Numbered from the stretch's first letter, positions 53,435 to 64,000 are shown. The stretch is DNA of 64,000 nt from Chloroflexota bacterium (GCA_040753815.1 JBFMDU010000021.1:172856-236855), one strand, 5' to 3'. A program made the numbers and translations. The notes: generated by a model from the letters alone, not told the origin.

Positions 53435-56400
53435 ATGAATCTATCTAAACCTGTCCGGGCATTTTTGGCAGTCGGCTTGGTAATTACCGTAGCGTTCGGG
53501 CTCATGCCGTCGCCGGTGCCTGTCCCTGTGTCAGCCGTAGTCGGTCTGCTTGAGTGGGGTACCCTGGAGACCCCGGGGAAAGACCCGTTCACAGTGATTT
53601 CTCCGTCCGAAGCTAATCAGTTTGCGCTCTATACCGACGTTGATGGCAATATTACCATTTATCTAACCGATATTCCCAACAGCCGTCTGCTTAAATCAAC
53701 CGACGGTGGATCAAGCTGGCTGACTACAGGGGATCCTCTAACAACAGTTGGGGCTGTACTTCCTGCCTACATGGTCGCCGTAGCTCCGGATGATAGTGAT
53801 ATTGTTGTCGCTGTCACTAATAACCGGAAACGGGTCTATTACTCGATAGATGGAGGTGTAAACTGGGCGACTGCCAGACTTGAAGACTTGGTGCCGCCGC
53901 TTGGCGCGAATGAACAGATTTCCGGAATTGAAATATCATCGAACTACCTGGCTGCCGGCGGATATGCTCGTGACATAGTTATTTGTACTCGGGACAGTAC
54001 CCCGGGGCCGGGCAGAATCCTGCTTCTACAGCTTCTTCCTCTCGGTATCGGTGCATGGAAAGACCAGCTGGCGCCGGCTCAGGGTTTCAGCCGCCTCAGA
54101 CTTTCGCCGAATTACGCCAGTGACCAGGCTCTGGTTGCAGTCGGCTCCAATGCAACTGACACTTTTCTGAACATCGGTATCCGTGATTTCTCTGCTAATA
54201 CATCCAGGTGGAATGCAGCGGTGACGTCTGGATGGCCGGTTGACATCACCGGTGTGGCTGTAGGGCCGAATTGGACGCAGTTGATAACTTCGGACATTGT
54301 GCTTCCAAATGATTACTACGGGCAGAATGATTATAGCCGGCGTGCGTACATCTGTTTTGATGACAATAATGCGACTGGACAGGCTAACGTTTATTATGTG
54401 GACAACTATACAGTGTACAAACTCAACTTTCCGGAACCGAGGCCATATTCGCTAGCAGGCAACGGGAGTTATTGGAGCATCGAATTAATGTGCAGCCCCG
54501 TAAGTGGGGCTTCGCTTGAGGGCACAGTACCAGTATATTACTGCGCCCGTCCATCACCTTCAGGCGGTACTGTCTGGACGGTGCCGTATAAATATCCATC
54601 CGGTGGCTTCGGCTCAACTCAGACCCGTGCTGTAGTCAGATGGACATCGGATGGAAGCAAGGTCTACGCTGGGAGTTTCTCGACGCCTGCTATCGATAGT
54701 GCTGCGGCATGGTACGTTGCGGCAAACTGGACGACCGGGACTGCTAACGATGAATCGGCTTTGTCCATCAGTATTGATGACGGCCTTACATGGAACCAGG
54801 TGGGCTACATTGATACCACCATTAGCGGTCTAAACGATTTTGCGGTATCTCCTGACGGGGGTTCGGCGTATGTTACCAGTTGGAACCTTGGCATCAATTT
54901 AGAGAGCATCTGGCGGACGAAAAGTGTGCCGCTGGGTAATGTCTGGGAGCGGGTGCGATGTACCTCTAGCACTATCAACCAGCCGATTGTCAGGTTGGTT
55001 CCTAAATTACCGGATGGTTCGATTGTATTTTGGGCAGATGTTGGCGGTAGGAGAGTGCAGAGGTCTCAGGATGGTGGGCAGACGTGGCAGGACACCCAGT
55101 CAAGGTTGAACGTTCAAGATATGGCGCTGGTGAATGCTTACAGTGCCTACGTGCTCCAGAACGATGGAAGGATTAGTAAAGGTAGTATCGGTGCTTATGG
55201 GGGCATGTGGGTCTGGGGTTCCCCAGTCTTTACGGGTATCACCACTGGCCATACTATTTCAGTGCAGGGCGATACCGTTGTTGTCGGCGGCTCACTGGGA
55301 AGCCGGGTGACTTACTCCCTGGATGGAGGCAGTAGTTTCCAGGTTACTCCGGAATTACCTACCGTAGGTAATCAGCACGTAGCCATTGATCCGGCCTTCC
55401 GGGAGACGCGGTGTATTTACGTGGCTGATGACAGTCCGGGTGGTCAACTCTATCGGTGGTATATAGGTGTTAGTGGGGATTGGAACGCCGAAGTTATATC
55501 AGACCGAGTGGGTCCACGTTTTGGCATTGTTGTTACCTCTGAAGCTACACAATTCGGTCCAGCGCTGTATTGCCCAATGTCTCTCATCGGTGGCTGGGTG
55601 GTTGAGAGGACACTGTATCCGAGAGTGCCTATGGCTAAAGAAGCCCGTCAGTCGTGGGACTATCTGACCAGTGGCCTCCCAGTCGGGGCAGCTTTCGCTT
55701 CAGAGCCTTCGGCATTGAAGATTTCCAGTACTTCACCGAATGTGGTTATTTGGGCTGTTGATACATCGGCCGCCAACCGGTTGCTGGCATTTAATGATTC
55801 AATGACTCTGGACTCTACGGTTATCATTGCTCCGAAGCTTGATGAGAAAACAGATACGGCTGTCATCCCGATTGCTCCTAATGGGTACAATGTTCCGTTT
55901 GGTTTGGGATGGGATACAGTCAGGACATCGTCTGAGTACGAAGCGCAGATATCGGCTACACCGGACTTTTCGGACGTGGTAGCTTCAGCACCCTGGGCTC
56001 CTCCGGGTCCGCCATTCTTCGTGCCGGCAAACCCCGAGCGTCCCAGCTGGCTAATTGGAACTGGGACATTAATGTCAGGGAAAACATATTATGCTCGTGT
56101 TCGTGTCCGGCGTGTATCTTCAGGACAGGAGATACGGACTGTGTGGTCCCCGGTGCAGAAGATGACGCTCCAACCACGGCTTCCCGTAGGCGCCAATTAT
56201 GCTGGGCCACGCGCGGTGTTTCCAGCAGTCGGTGCTCTGGATCAGAGGGTTGAAGAAGCGGCCTTCAGCTGGTCATCGGTGTCGGACGCTACCGAATATC
56301 ATTTTGTCCTTGGCAAAGAGCCATCATTCGACGAGCCGTTGGTAAACAGCCCGGTGAACGGCACTGTTTTCACCTACACCGGAACTCTTGAATACGGTAC

Positions 56401-56659
56401 CACATACTTCTGGCAGGTATGGGCGACCAAGCCAGCGCCTAGCGAGAAGAGTCCTGTTTTCATATTTACCACGGTTTACCAGCCGGAGCCCAAGCAGGAA
56501 GCGGAAATCATCATCATACAACCGGATCCGACTCCATTAGTAGTAGTCATGCCGGTGATTGACGAAGGTGTGCCGCCTTGGGGATGGGTGTTGATTGGAG
56601 TTAGTGGTTTGCTTCTAGTTACGGTGATTGTCGCGGTCGTCTTTGCTGGGCGACATTGA
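53435..56659 (+). CDS. Large exported BNR/Asp-box beta-propeller plus Fn3-like protein with C-terminal TM anchor (S-layer-type)
   Basis: Signal peptide; S.DGG..W boxes (STDGGSSW, SIDGGVNW, SIDDGLTW, SQDGGQTW, SLDGGSSF); TYYARVR and TYFWQV; Pro-rich linker and TM helix. Confidence 0.88.
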   Translation: MNLSKPVRAFLAVGLVITVAFGLMPSPVPVPVSAVVGLLEWGTLETPGKDPFTVISPSEANQFALYTDVDGNITIYLTDIPNSRLLKSTDGGSSWLTTGDPLTTVGAVLPAYMVAVAPDDSDIVVAVTNNRKRVYYSIDGGVNWATARLEDLVPPLGANEQISGIEISSNYLAAGGYARDIVICTRDSTPGPGRILLLQLLPLGIGAWKDQLAPAQGFSRLRLSPNYASDQALVAVGSNATDTFLNIGIRDFSANTSRWNAAVTSGWPVDITGVAVGPNWTQLITSDIVLPNDYYGQNDYSRRAYICFDDNNATGQANVYYVDNYTVYKLNFPEPRPYSLAGNGSYWSIELMCSPVSGASLEGTVPVYYCARPSPSGGTVWTVPYKYPSGGFGSTQTRAVVRWTSDGSKVYAGSFSTPAIDSAAAWYVAANWTTGTANDESALSISIDDGLTWNQVGYIDTTISGLNDFAVSPDGGSAYVTSWNLGINLESIWRTKSVPLGNVWERVRCTSSTINQPIVRLVPKLPDGSIVFWADVGGRRVQRSQDGGQTWQDTQSRLNVQDMALVNAYSAYVLQNDGRISKGSIGAYGGMWVWGSPVFTGITTGHTISVQGDTVVVGGSLGSRVTYSLDGGSSFQVTPELPTVGNQHVAIDPAFRETRCIYVADDSPGGQLYRWYIGVSGDWNAEVISDRVGPRFGIVVTSEATQFGPALYCPMSLIGGWVVERTLYPRVPMAKEARQSWDYLTSGLPVGAAFASEPSALKISSTSPNVVIWAVDTSAANRLLAFNDSMTLDSTVIIAPKLDEKTDTAVIPIAPNGYNVPFGLGWDTVRTSSEYEAQISATPDFSDVVASAPWAPPGPPFFVPANPERPSWLIGTGTLMSGKTYYARVRVRRVSSGQEIRTVWSPVQKMTLQPRLPVGANYAGPRAVFPAVGALDQRVEEAAFSWSSVSDATEYHFVLGKEPSFDEPLVNSPVNGTVFTYTGTLEYGTTYFWQVWATKPAPSEKSPVFIFTTVYQPEPKQEAEIIIIQPDPTPLVVVMPVIDEGVPPWGWVLIGVSGLLLVTVIVAVVFAGRH

Positions 56660-56727
56660 ATGCTTCCATGACAATTGTCCGGTTCTTGCTGTAATCCCCA
56701 GTTGATTTGTTACGGATGGAATTGTCC

Positions 56728-57726
56728 ATGACTTCCGGTGTTGTTGCTATCGAAACAAGAGACCTGACCAAGAGGTACGGGTCTTTGGTGGCGGTTGACC
56801 AACTAAACCTTTCTATTGGGTATGGTGAGGTCTTCGGCCTGCTCGGTCCCAACGGGGCAGGTAAAACCACTACCATTTCCATGCTCTGCACTATCGCGAT
56901 GCCTAGCTCTGGCGCGGCTTCGGTTAACGGTTTTGACATCGCTCGTCAACCAGATATGGTCCGGCGTAGTATCGGCATAGTCTTTCAGGACCCAAGCCTG
57001 GATGATCGTCTTACAGCATGGGAAAATCTGGAACTTCACGGCTGTCTTTATGACATGAGAAGGGATGACGTAAGAAAGCGAATCGGTGAGGTGCTGGAGC
57101 TGGTCGGTCTGTCCGACCGGGCACGCTCACTGGTCAGGACTTATTCTGGCGGTATGAAACGCCGGCTGGAGTTGGCCCGCGGTCTGATGCACTGGCCCAG
57201 GGTGCTTTTTCTGGACGAGCCGACTCTTGGTCTGGACCCTCAGACCAGAGAGCACATCTGGCAATATATCGAGGGACTGGTCAAGCGCGGCGATATGACT
57301 ATTGTCCTGACAACTCATTATATGGAAGAGGCGGAACGGTTGAGCCAGCGGGTAGCTATCATTGACCACGGCAGGGTGCAGGTGGTCGATACACCGGCAA
57401 ACCTGAAGAATTCTCTTCATGGCGATGTGATAACGGTACAATGTACGTTACCGCAAATACTTGGTGAAAAACTGACCGCGCTCACCGGTGCATCCAACGT
57501 CAGGGCCGATGGTGGTCTGGTGCGCTTGAATGTTATCGATGGGGAACGGTTCGTACCTCAGGTGGTGGAGTTAGCAAGGCAGGTGGGTATAGCAATCGAT
57601 TCGATTTCGATTCATCGTCCAACGTTGAACGATGTTTTCCTGCATTACACCGGTCGTGACATGAGGTCCGAGGATGCTGACTCGATGCATTTTGCCAGGG
57701 CATGGATAAGGAGGACGCACCGGTGA
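56728..57726 (+). CDS. ABC exporter ATP-binding subunit (DrrA-like)
   Basis: GPNGAGKTT, YSGGMKRRLE, FLDEPT, TTHY. Confidence 0.96.
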   Translation: MTSGVVAIETRDLTKRYGSLVAVDQLNLSIGYGEVFGLLGPNGAGKTTTISMLCTIAMPSSGAASVNGFDIARQPDMVRRSIGIVFQDPSLDDRLTAWENLELHGCLYDMRRDDVRKRIGEVLELVGLSDRARSLVRTYSGGMKRRLELARGLMHWPRVLFLDEPTLGLDPQTREHIWQYIEGLVKRGDMTIVLTTHYMEEAERLSQRVAIIDHGRVQVVDTPANLKNSLHGDVITVQCTLPQILGEKLTALTGASNVRADGGLVRLNVIDGERFVPQVVELARQVGIAIDSISIHRPTLNDVFLHYTGRDMRSEDADSMHFARAWIRRTHR

Positions 57727-58475
57727 GAGAACTGCGCAAAATTTACGGTATCTGGCGCCGTGAATTGATAAGGTTTGCGAGGGAGAAGTCACGAATTGCC
57801 TCTTCTCTGGCGGCACCTCTGCTGTGGCTGGTGGTGTTGGGTGGTGGTCTTCAAATGGTGCGGATACCGGTAGGTGGCAATTACCAATCGTTTCTTTATC
57901 CGGGCATAATCGGAATGACAATCCTTTTCACATCAGTCTTCTCCGGGATATCGGTAATCTGGGACAGGGAGTTCGGATTTCTCAAGGAGATTTTAGTAGC
58001 TCCGGTAGCGCGGTGGTCGATTGTACTGGGAAAAGCAATGGGTGGGGCTACAGCGGCCTTGATTCAAGCGTTGATACTCCTGCCGCTGGCGCCGCTGGTA
58101 GGGGTGGAACTATCATTGGCAAGACTGCCGCTGGTGATTATGTTGATGGTGGTAATTGCGATCGGCCTTACGAGTACCGGCCTGCTGATTGCCTCGTTAA
58201 TGGGGAGCATGGAGGGATTTAACCTGATTATGGGCTTTGCCATCCAGCCGATGTTTTTCTTAAGCGGTGCGCTCTTCCCGCTAAGCGGAGCGCCGGAGTG
58301 GCTCAGGGTAATAAGCTACATTAATCCATTTACTTACGGAGTGGACGCGCTGAGATGGGCAGTGTTCGCAGGCTTTACCACTCTGGTGCCGGTAGAGGCA
58401 GAGCTAGTTATTGTGGCTGGATTTGCCGTGGCGATGGTGCTTGCCTGCTCTTACACCTTCGGCAGGAAGAAGTAG
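57723..58475 (+). CDS. ABC-2 permease
   Basis: Six TM helices, DREFGFLKEILVAP, FLSGA.FP, NP.TY.VD.LR. Confidence 0.95.
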   Translation: MRELRKIYGIWRRELIRFAREKSRIASSLAAPLLWLVVLGGGLQMVRIPVGGNYQSFLYPGIIGMTILFTSVFSGISVIWDREFGFLKEILVAPVARWSIVLGKAMGGATAALIQALILLPLAPLVGVELSLARLPLVIMLMVVIAIGLTSTGLLIASLMGSMEGFNLIMGFAIQPMFFLSGALFPLSGAPEWLRVISYINPFTYGVDALRWAVFAGFTTLVPVEAELVIVAGFAVAMVLACSYTFGRKK

Positions 58476-58487
58476 ACCCCTGCTGAA

Positions 58488-58883
58488 CTAACGCTTGGTG
58501 TACTGCGGTGCTTTGCGGGCACGTTTTAGGCCGTACTTCTTGCGTTCCTTGATACGCGGGTCGCGGGTGAGCAGACCTTCTTTACGGAGGAGTGGCTTGA
58601 ACTGGTCGTTGACAGCAACCAAAGCGCGGCTGATCCCATGACGGATGGCTCCCGCCTGACCGCTGACGCCGCCGCCGATTACCTTGATCTGGATGTTGAA
58701 CTTGTTGCGGCTTTCAGTAGCAGTCAGAGGCTGTTCAATAGTCCGCTGGTGCTCAAGACGGGTGAAAATTTCATCGAACGGCTTCCCGTTGATTATTATT
58801 AGCCCATTGCCCGGTGAAAGCTTGACTTGGGCGATAGCACACTTCCGTTTGCCAGTAGCGTGGTTGTAGACCTCTTCACTCAC
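58488..58883 (-). CDS. rpsI: 30S ribosomal protein S9
   Basis: GGGVSGQAGAIRHG, LLTRDPR.KERKK.G. Confidence 0.99.
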   Translation of the reverse strand: MSEEVYNHATGKRKCAIAQVKLSPGNGLIIINGKPFDEIFTRLEHQRTIEQPLTATESRNKFNIQIKVIGGGVSGQAGAIRHGISRALVAVNDQFKPLLRKEGLLTRDPRIKERKKYGLKRARKAPQYTKR

Positions 58884-59341
58884 TTAGCGACCTCCGTTTG
58901 CTTGGCGTTTTTCTTAGCGGTGCCCTCTATCTGGGCCTTATGAGGATGCTTGTCGCCGACGTAGACCTTCAGCTTGCGGTACATTGCCCGGCCGAGGTTG
59001 TTGTGAGGCAGCATCCCCTTGACGCACAGTTCGATAACGCGGATAGGGTGTGTTTCGAGCATATCGCGCAGGCTGATAGTTTTAAGACCTCCTGGATAAG
59101 TGCTGTGCCGGTAGTAGGTCTTTTCAGCACCCTTCTTGCCAGGACCGGTGATAAGCACTTTGGCGGCATTGATAACGACGACAAAGTCGCCGGTGTCAAG
59201 CTGGGGCGTGTAAATCGGCTTATGCTTACCCATTAGTAGAGACGCTATCTCAGAGCAGAGTCTGCCCAGCGGCTTGCCAGCGGCGTCAATTACGTGCCAC
59301 TTGCGCTGAATGTCAGCTTTTCTTGTTGTGTAAGTATCCAT
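58880..59341 (-). CDS. rplM: 50S ribosomal protein L13
   Basis: W.VIDA...LGR, GKHKP.YTP..DTGD, GMLP. Confidence 0.98.
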   Translation of the reverse strand: MDTYTTRKADIQRKWHVIDAAGKPLGRLCSEIASLLMGKHKPIYTPQLDTGDFVVVINAAKVLITGPGKKGAEKTYYRHSTYPGGLKTISLRDMLETHPIRVIELCVKGMLPHNNLGRAMYRKLKVYVGDKHPHKAQIEGTAKKNAKQTEVAK

Positions 59342-59348
59342 TCTTATC

Positions 59349-60098
59349 CTATTCTCCAAGAGGCCTGCCGTAGTCAATTTTTGTGAGGCAAAGGCCCTTT
59401 GCCGGCGCCGTTGGCCCGGCTTGGCCGGGTCTCTTAGCCTCCATTATCTGACTGAAATCGTTAAACGATATGTTACCCAGGCCGAGTCTAATCAGCAAGC
59501 CAACAGTATTGCGCACCTGGTGAGGCAGGAAAGAATTAGCGACGATTTTAAAGTCGACCATGTCTCCCACCCGTTCTGCTCGCGCCTCGAAAACCGTTCG
59601 TGCCGGGTCGCGGTCTTCTTCCCATGAAGTGGCGAATGAAGAGAAGTCGTGCCGGCCTGTAAGAAGGCTGCAAGCCTCGTTCATCGCTTCCACGTTCAGT
59701 TCCCGGGCTACGAAGTAAGCGAGGTCCAGCGCCAGTGGTGAGCGGCATGGTCGGTTAAGGATGGAGTAGTTGTACTGCCGGCTGACCGCGTCACCCCGGA
59801 CGCTGAAGCTTTCCGGTATTCGGTGGGCCGATAGAACTGCGATATCGTCGGGCAGGTGAGCGTTTAGAGCGCGCTGGATAACCAGAATACTTAACCGGGA
59901 ATCGGTCCAGAAGCTCACAACCTGGCCTCTAGCATGCACCCCGGCATCAGTCCGGCTGGCGGCGATTACCCGTCGCTGTTCGCCGGTTGTCTGGCGTATG
60001 GCCTCTTCCAGCTCTCTCTGAATCGTTGGCAAGCCCTCCTGCCACTCGAATCCGTGGTAACGCTTGCCATTGTACTCTACTACCAGAGCGATTTTCAC
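59349..60098 (-). CDS. truA: tRNA pseudouridine(38-40) synthase
   Basis: SRTDAGVHA.GQ, G.HDFSSF, FL..QVR, TAPA.GL.L. Confidence 0.97.
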   Translation of the reverse strand: MKIALVVEYNGKRYHGFEWQEGLPTIQRELEEAIRQTTGEQRRVIAASRTDAGVHARGQVVSFWTDSRLSILVIQRALNAHLPDDIAVLSAHRIPESFSVRGDAVSRQYNYSILNRPCRSPLALDLAYFVARELNVEAMNEACSLLTGRHDFSSFATSWEEDRDPARTVFEARAERVGDMVDFKIVANSFLPHQVRNTVGLLIRLGLGNISFNDFSQIMEAKRPGQAGPTAPAKGLCLTKIDYGRPLGE

Positions 60099-60154
60099 CT
60101 TATGCGGAACACTGTTAAATTGTTAAAAAGCTAACCCGAGCACACCGGGCGGGC

Positions 60155-60508
60155 TTACTTGACCAGTTCAAGCCGGGCAAGTTCAGCGGCGTCACCCTGG
60201 CGAGGCCCTAGCCTTACCAGACGGGTGTAGCCGCCAGCACGGTCGGCGTACCTGGGTGCGACCTCTTTGAATAGTCTGTCAACGATGTTCTTGTCGGTCA
60301 GGAAAGCTATGGCACGCCGGCGCGAGGCCAGACTGCCTTCTTTCCCGAGCGTAATCATTTTCTCTGCCAGGCCGCGGATTTCCTTTGCCTTGGGTACGGT
60401 TGTGGTAATCCTTTCGTAGCGCAGAAGGTCGGTCACCTGGTTGCGGAACAACGACCAGCGATGTGCCGAAAAACGGCTGAACTTCCTACCTATTATTTGG
60501 TGTCTCAT
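60155..60508 (-). CDS. rplQ: 50S ribosomal protein L17
   Basis: MRH, ITTT.PKAKE, R.GGYTR, R.GD.A. Confidence 0.98.
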   Translation of the reverse strand: MRHQIIGRKFSRFSAHRWSLFRNQVTDLLRYERITTTVPKAKEIRGLAEKMITLGKEGSLASRRRAIAFLTDKNIVDRLFKEVAPRYADRAGGYTRLVRLGPRQGDAAELARLELVK

Positions 60509-61496
60509 CGACTGCCTCTTTTTTGCTGTCGGAAGTAGTCTCTGTCTCTGTGGGTTCTTTGATCTCGATGAAGCTTAACAGCCCCATATTTTCGATGATG
60601 CCCTTGACTTCATCCTGTGACTTGCTACCGAAGCCGGGCAGGGTTGGAAGTCCGCGTTGGCTACGTTCAAGGAGCTCACCTAGTGTGGAAATTCCGGCGC
60701 GCCGTAGACTGTTGTAGGTTCTGGTGGACAGATTAAGCTGTTCGAGCGGCGTATCGTACTTATCCGGTGGAACAAGCTGACGCAAAAGGGTCTTTCCGCC
60801 TCCGACTTCCTCGGGGCCTTTTGTGAGCTGGCGGAAAACGGAAATCTGGTCAATGAGAATGGCGGCACTCTGGCTTACCGCCTCTTCTGGTTTGATGGTG
60901 CCATCAGTAGTTACGTCCAGGATCAAGCGTTCCTGGGAGCTTTCCTCGCCTGGCCTAGTGGGCTCGACGGCGAAATCAACCTTGCGAATTGGAGAGAAGA
61001 CGGCATCAACAGGTATGACGCCGGCTGGCAGACCATTAGCGGAGGCTGCCGGTGCATACCCGATACCGATCTCTACATTCAGCTCGACGTGAAGTTTAGC
61101 TTTTTTAGAGTCCAGCGTAGCCAGGTGCGTTTGAGGATTGACAATCTCGAAGTCAGCCGAGGGTGTGATGTCGTCGGCAGTGACCTCACCATCCCGCTCT
61201 ACGTCCAGGAACAGTCTTCCACCGCGTTGTGACAGCGCCTTGATTCTTATGTCCTTGATGTTGAGCTGGAAGTCCACTGCATCTTCTTTGGTGTGTGGGA
61301 TGGGAGTGAATTCATGCTGAATGCCTTCGATCTTGACCCAGGTGATGGCGGCGCCTGGTAGAGAACTTAAGAGCACCCGGCGCATAGCGTTGCCGATAGT
61401 GATGCCCCAACCCTTCGGAAGGGGCTCCACTTTGAAGCGGCCATGGCTCTCGCTGTTTTCTAGCGTTTCAACTGTGGGTAAAGCTGGCTGAGTCAA
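60486..61496 (-). CDS. rpoA: RNA polymerase alpha subunit
   Basis: EPL..G.G.T.GN..RR.LLSSLPG, DA.FSP, LNLS.R.YN.L. Confidence 0.98.
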   Translation of the reverse strand: MTQPALPTVETLENSESHGRFKVEPLPKGWGITIGNAMRRVLLSSLPGAAITWVKIEGIQHEFTPIPHTKEDAVDFQLNIKDIRIKALSQRGGRLFLDVERDGEVTADDITPSADFEIVNPQTHLATLDSKKAKLHVELNVEIGIGYAPAASANGLPAGVIPVDAVFSPIRKVDFAVEPTRPGEESSQERLILDVTTDGTIKPEEAVSQSAAILIDQISVFRQLTKGPEEVGGGKTLLRQLVPPDKYDTPLEQLNLSTRTYNSLRRAGISTLGELLERSQRGLPTLPGFGSKSQDEVKGIIENMGLLSFIEIKEPTETETTSDSKKEAVDETPNNR

Positions 61497-61505
61497 AGTC
61501 CACCT

Positions 61506-62132
61506 CTACCGTGAATAGTACTCTACGATCATCTGCTCGTTGTAGATGGGCTCAACATCGGCGCGGGTTGGCAGAGTCGTAACCTTACCGATGAGGTTCT
61601 CCCGGTCAAGAGTAAGCCAGTTCGGGATGACCTTGTCCCTAATTTTGTCCTTAAGCACCGCGAAGTACTTGTTTTTAGTGCTTCCCGTGCGCCATTGGAT
61701 GGTGTCACCCTCGGCTACAAGGTATGAGGGGGCATTGGTCTTGTGACCATTGGTATAAATATGGCCGTGCCGCACCAACTGCCTGGCCTGGGCGCGAGAG
61801 TCCCCGAAACCAAGGCGGAAAACTACGTTGTCCAGGCGCCTTTCGAGGAGTACCAGCAGGTTCTCACCGGTGATACCCGGGAGATGGGCTGCTTCCTCGA
61901 AAGTTTTGCGGAACTGCCGTTCGAAGACGCCATAGGAAAAGCGAGTCTTCTGTTTCTCGCGGAGTTGCATACCACGGTCAGAAACCCTGCGGCGCCGGTT
62001 GTTGCCGTGCTGACCTGGCGGTATATTACGTTTATCAATGGTGCATTTGGTTATGCACTTATCGCCTTTGAGCATCAGCTTTTCGCCGATGCGGCGGCAC
62101 AAACGGCATTTGGCCTCAATAGTCCTTGCCAT
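61506..62132 (-). CDS. rpsD: 30S ribosomal protein S4
   Basis: CRLCRR, PPGQHG, LERRLDNVV, ARQLV.HGH, VEYYSR. Confidence 0.99.
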   Translation of the reverse strand: MARTIEAKCRLCRRIGEKLMLKGDKCITKCTIDKRNIPPGQHGNNRRRRVSDRGMQLREKQKTRFSYGVFERQFRKTFEEAAHLPGITGENLLVLLERRLDNVVFRLGFGDSRAQARQLVRHGHIYTNGHKTNAPSYLVAEGDTIQWRTGSTKNKYFAVLKDKIRDKVIPNWLTLDRENLIGKVTTLPTRADVEPIYNEQMIVEYYSR

Positions 62133-62138
62133 AGTTTC

Positions 62139-62540
62139 TTACACTCGTCTGCGTTTCGGTGGACGGCAGCCATTGTGGGGTACGGGAGTAATGTCACGGA
62201 TGGCGGTGACTACCAGACCGGCGGCAGTGAGGGCGCGGATGGCTGCCTCCCGGCCGCTGCCCGGTCCCTTGATCAGTACCTCTACCTGCTTCATACCATG
62301 GGCGATTGCCTTCTGGGCGGTCTCCTGGGCCGCAACATGGGCGGCATAGGGTGTGCCCTTGCGCGAGCCCTTGAATTTGGCTGTCCCTGAACTCCCCCAA
62401 GCAATCACATTGCCCCGCAGGTCGGTGACGGTGATGACGGTATTGTTGAAGGTAGACTGAATATATGCCCTGCCTTCACTTACTAGTTTGCGTCCTTTTT
62501 TCCTAACGCTTTTGGCCTTTGCTTTTACTGGCATCTTCAC
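62139..62540 (-). CDS. rpsK: 30S ribosomal protein S11 (start 62540 GTG or 62534 ATG)
   Basis: [33 protein letters not shown]. Confidence 0.99.
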   Translation of the reverse strand: MKMPVKAKAKSVRKKGRKLVSEGRAYIQSTFNNTVITVTDLRGNVIAWGSSGTAKFKGSRKGTPYAAHVAAQETAQKAIAHGMKQVEVLIKGPGSGREAAIRALTAAGLVVTAIRDITPVPHNGCRPPKRRRV

Positions 62541-62553
62541 TCACACTCAGGGT

Positions 62554-62943
62554 TTATTTCTTAGCGACGCCGCGCTTCTGGCCCCTACCAGCAACGGTCT
62601 TTCTGGACCCGCGCTTGGTTCTGGCATTGGTGCGTGTGCGCTGGCCGCGTGCTGGCAAATTGCGGCGGTGCCTTTGACCACGGTAACATCCAATTTCGAT
62701 AAGTCGTTTAATATCGAGTTGGGCGGAGCGCCTTAGCTCGCCTTCTACTTTGTACTTCTTATCGATAACTTCACGCAGGCGGTTGGTCTCTTCTTCTGTG
62801 AGGTCCTTGACTCTCGTAGCAGGGTTAATCCTGGTGGCAGCGAGAATCCTCTGACTTAGAGTGGGGCCGATTCCGTAGATGTATCTCAGTGAGATGGTCA
62901 CCGGTTTGTTGCTCGGTATGTCAACACCAGCGATACGCGTCAT
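62554..62943 (-). CDS. rpsM: 30S ribosomal protein S13
   Basis: [29 protein letters not shown]. Confidence 0.99.
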   Translation of the reverse strand: MTRIAGVDIPSNKPVTISLRYIYGIGPTLSQRILAATRINPATRVKDLTEEETNRLREVIDKKYKVEGELRRSAQLDIKRLIEIGCYRGQRHRRNLPARGQRTRTNARTKRGSRKTVAGRGQKRGVAKK

Positions 62944-62956
62944 GTCGGTCCTCTAC

Positions 62957-63070
62957 CTAGCCCTGTCTCTGCTTGTGCTTCGGATTATCACAGATCACCC
63001 GGACGGTGCCATGCCTTTTGATAATTTTGCACTTCTCACAGCGGCGCTTTACTGAAGCTGATACTTTCAC
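62957..63070 (-). CDS. rpmJ: 50S ribosomal protein L36 (below the ORF-track cutoff)
   Basis: Hand translation [37 protein letters not shown]. Confidence 0.98.
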   Translation of the reverse strand: MKVSASVKRRCEKCKIIKRHGTVRVICDNPKHKQRQG

Positions 63071-63127
63071 TATATTGAACCTCTAGGTTTGTTCCTTCGG
63101 GTGCTATATCCACAAGCGCAAAGCCAG

Positions 63128-63156
63128 ATTATATTCCTATCCCTCATCTCTGTCAA
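63128..63156 (-). promoter_or_regulatory. Consensus sigma70 promoter of the rpmJ-rpsM-rpsK-rpsD-rpoA-rplQ operon
   Basis: Perfect TTGACA-17 nt-TATAAT. Confidence 0.9.
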
Positions 63157-63224
63157 AGTGTTAAACACGTCCCGGATTTCCCCTTGTCCTTCTTCGATTG
63201 TAAGATTGCCCGCCAGTTCCGATA

Positions 63225-63443
63225 TTATTTAAATCGATACGTAACCCGGCCACGGCCCAGGTCGTATGGAGAAAGCTCAACTAAGACCCTATCTCCCGGT
63301 AGTATTTTGATATAGTGCAGGCGCATCTTGCCGGAGATATGGGCCAGCACCTTGTGACCATTAGCCAGTTCTACCCGAAACATGGCGTTAGGCAGAGTCT
63401 CAATCACCGTACCTTCGACCTCAATTGTCTCTTTTTTCGACAT
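63225..63443 (-). CDS. infA: Translation initiation factor IF-1
   Basis: [22 protein letters not shown]. Confidence 0.99.
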   Translation of the reverse strand: MSKKETIEVEGTVIETLPNAMFRVELANGHKVLAHISGKMRLHYIKILPGDRVLVELSPYDLGRGRVTYRFK

Positions 63444-63457
63444 ATCTTGTCATGGTC

Positions 63458-64000
63458 CTATAGGGCAGTCAGTATCTCAGCCCCATTGTCAGTGAGGACT
63501 ATAGTGTGCTCGGCATAAGCCGAAAGACTGCCATCAGATGTCTTCACTGTCCAGCGATCCTTGGCAATACGTGTTTTCCACGTTCCTGCATTCACCATCG
63601 GCTCCAGCGCGATGGTTGTCCCGGAAGGCAATCTGGCTCCTTGACCCCTTGTGCCGAAGTTCGGTACCAGCGGGTCCTCATGCATGTCACGGCCAATGCC
63701 ATGTCCTGTATATTCCCGGACCACGGAGAAGCCGTGCGACTCAACATACTCCTGGATAACGGCTGAGATGTCGCCGATTCGGCAATCTCCATGCGCCGCG
63801 CGAATACCCGCCTCAAGGGCACCTTCAGCAGTCTCGACGAGACGGCGTGCCTCTTCGGAGACCTCGCCAACGGGAACAGTGAGGCCGGCATCACCGTGGA
63901 AGCCGTCCGCGATAGCGCCGAAATCGAGGGAGACAATATCGCCCTCTTTGAGTACATAGTCGCCTGGAATACCATGCACGATTTCGTCATTGACGGAAGT
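63458..64000 (-). CDS. map: Methionine aminopeptidase, 3' part (5' end outside the window)
   Basis: HGIP, GD.VSLD, GHGIG..MHEDP, EPMVN, EHT. Confidence 0.97.
   Translation of the reverse strand, partial: TSVNDEIVHGIPGDYVLKEGDIVSLDFGAIADGFHGDAGLTVPVGEVSEEARRLVETAEGALEAGIRAAHGDCRIGDISAVIQEYVESHGFSVVREYTGHGIGRDMHEDPLVPNFGTRGQGARLPSGTTIALEPMVNAGTWKTRIAKDRWTVKTSDGSLSAYAEHTIVLTDNGAEILTAL

Overview
The window is bacterial chromosome, most likely from Chloroflexota class Dehalococcoidia. That call is inferred from gene content: a core/MesB-type methionine synthase, a CetZ-like tubulin, a BNR-repeat S-layer-type protein, several archaeal-type enzymes and a Gram-positive-type LexA box. Most of it is housekeeping: rplU-rpmA-rpmE, panG/D/B/C, ligA, pth, eno, gap, dnaX-ybaB-recR-recO, an APC-USP-TrkA cluster, pheA, ahbD, a SAM-cycle cluster, aroF, rubrerythrin, an ABC exporter and the map-infA-alpha-truA-rplM-rpsI block. 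The unusual part is 5.8-15 kb. (1) A self-contained operon of small ORF, TerS-like gene and intact TerL has a LexA (GAAC-N4-GTTC-like) box over its promoter, and no portal, capsid or integrase lies in the window. (2) Transcribed divergently from it is a ~280-nt, highly structured unit with no credible ORF and its own promoter and terminator, which I cannot assign to a known RNA family. (3) An AT-richer cassette (membrane-fused HAD nucleotidase plus beta-CASP nuclease) is bracketed by two diverged direct repeats that encode the same peptide tail. Other observations: apparent non-AUG starts (ATT in rplU, ATC in pth, ATA in a methyltransferase), a pan-motif attenuator, an ahbC gene with an in-frame deletion of its radical-SAM core, and an unannotated 32-aa basic ORF. 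All family calls are from motif recognition by eye; no database searches were run.
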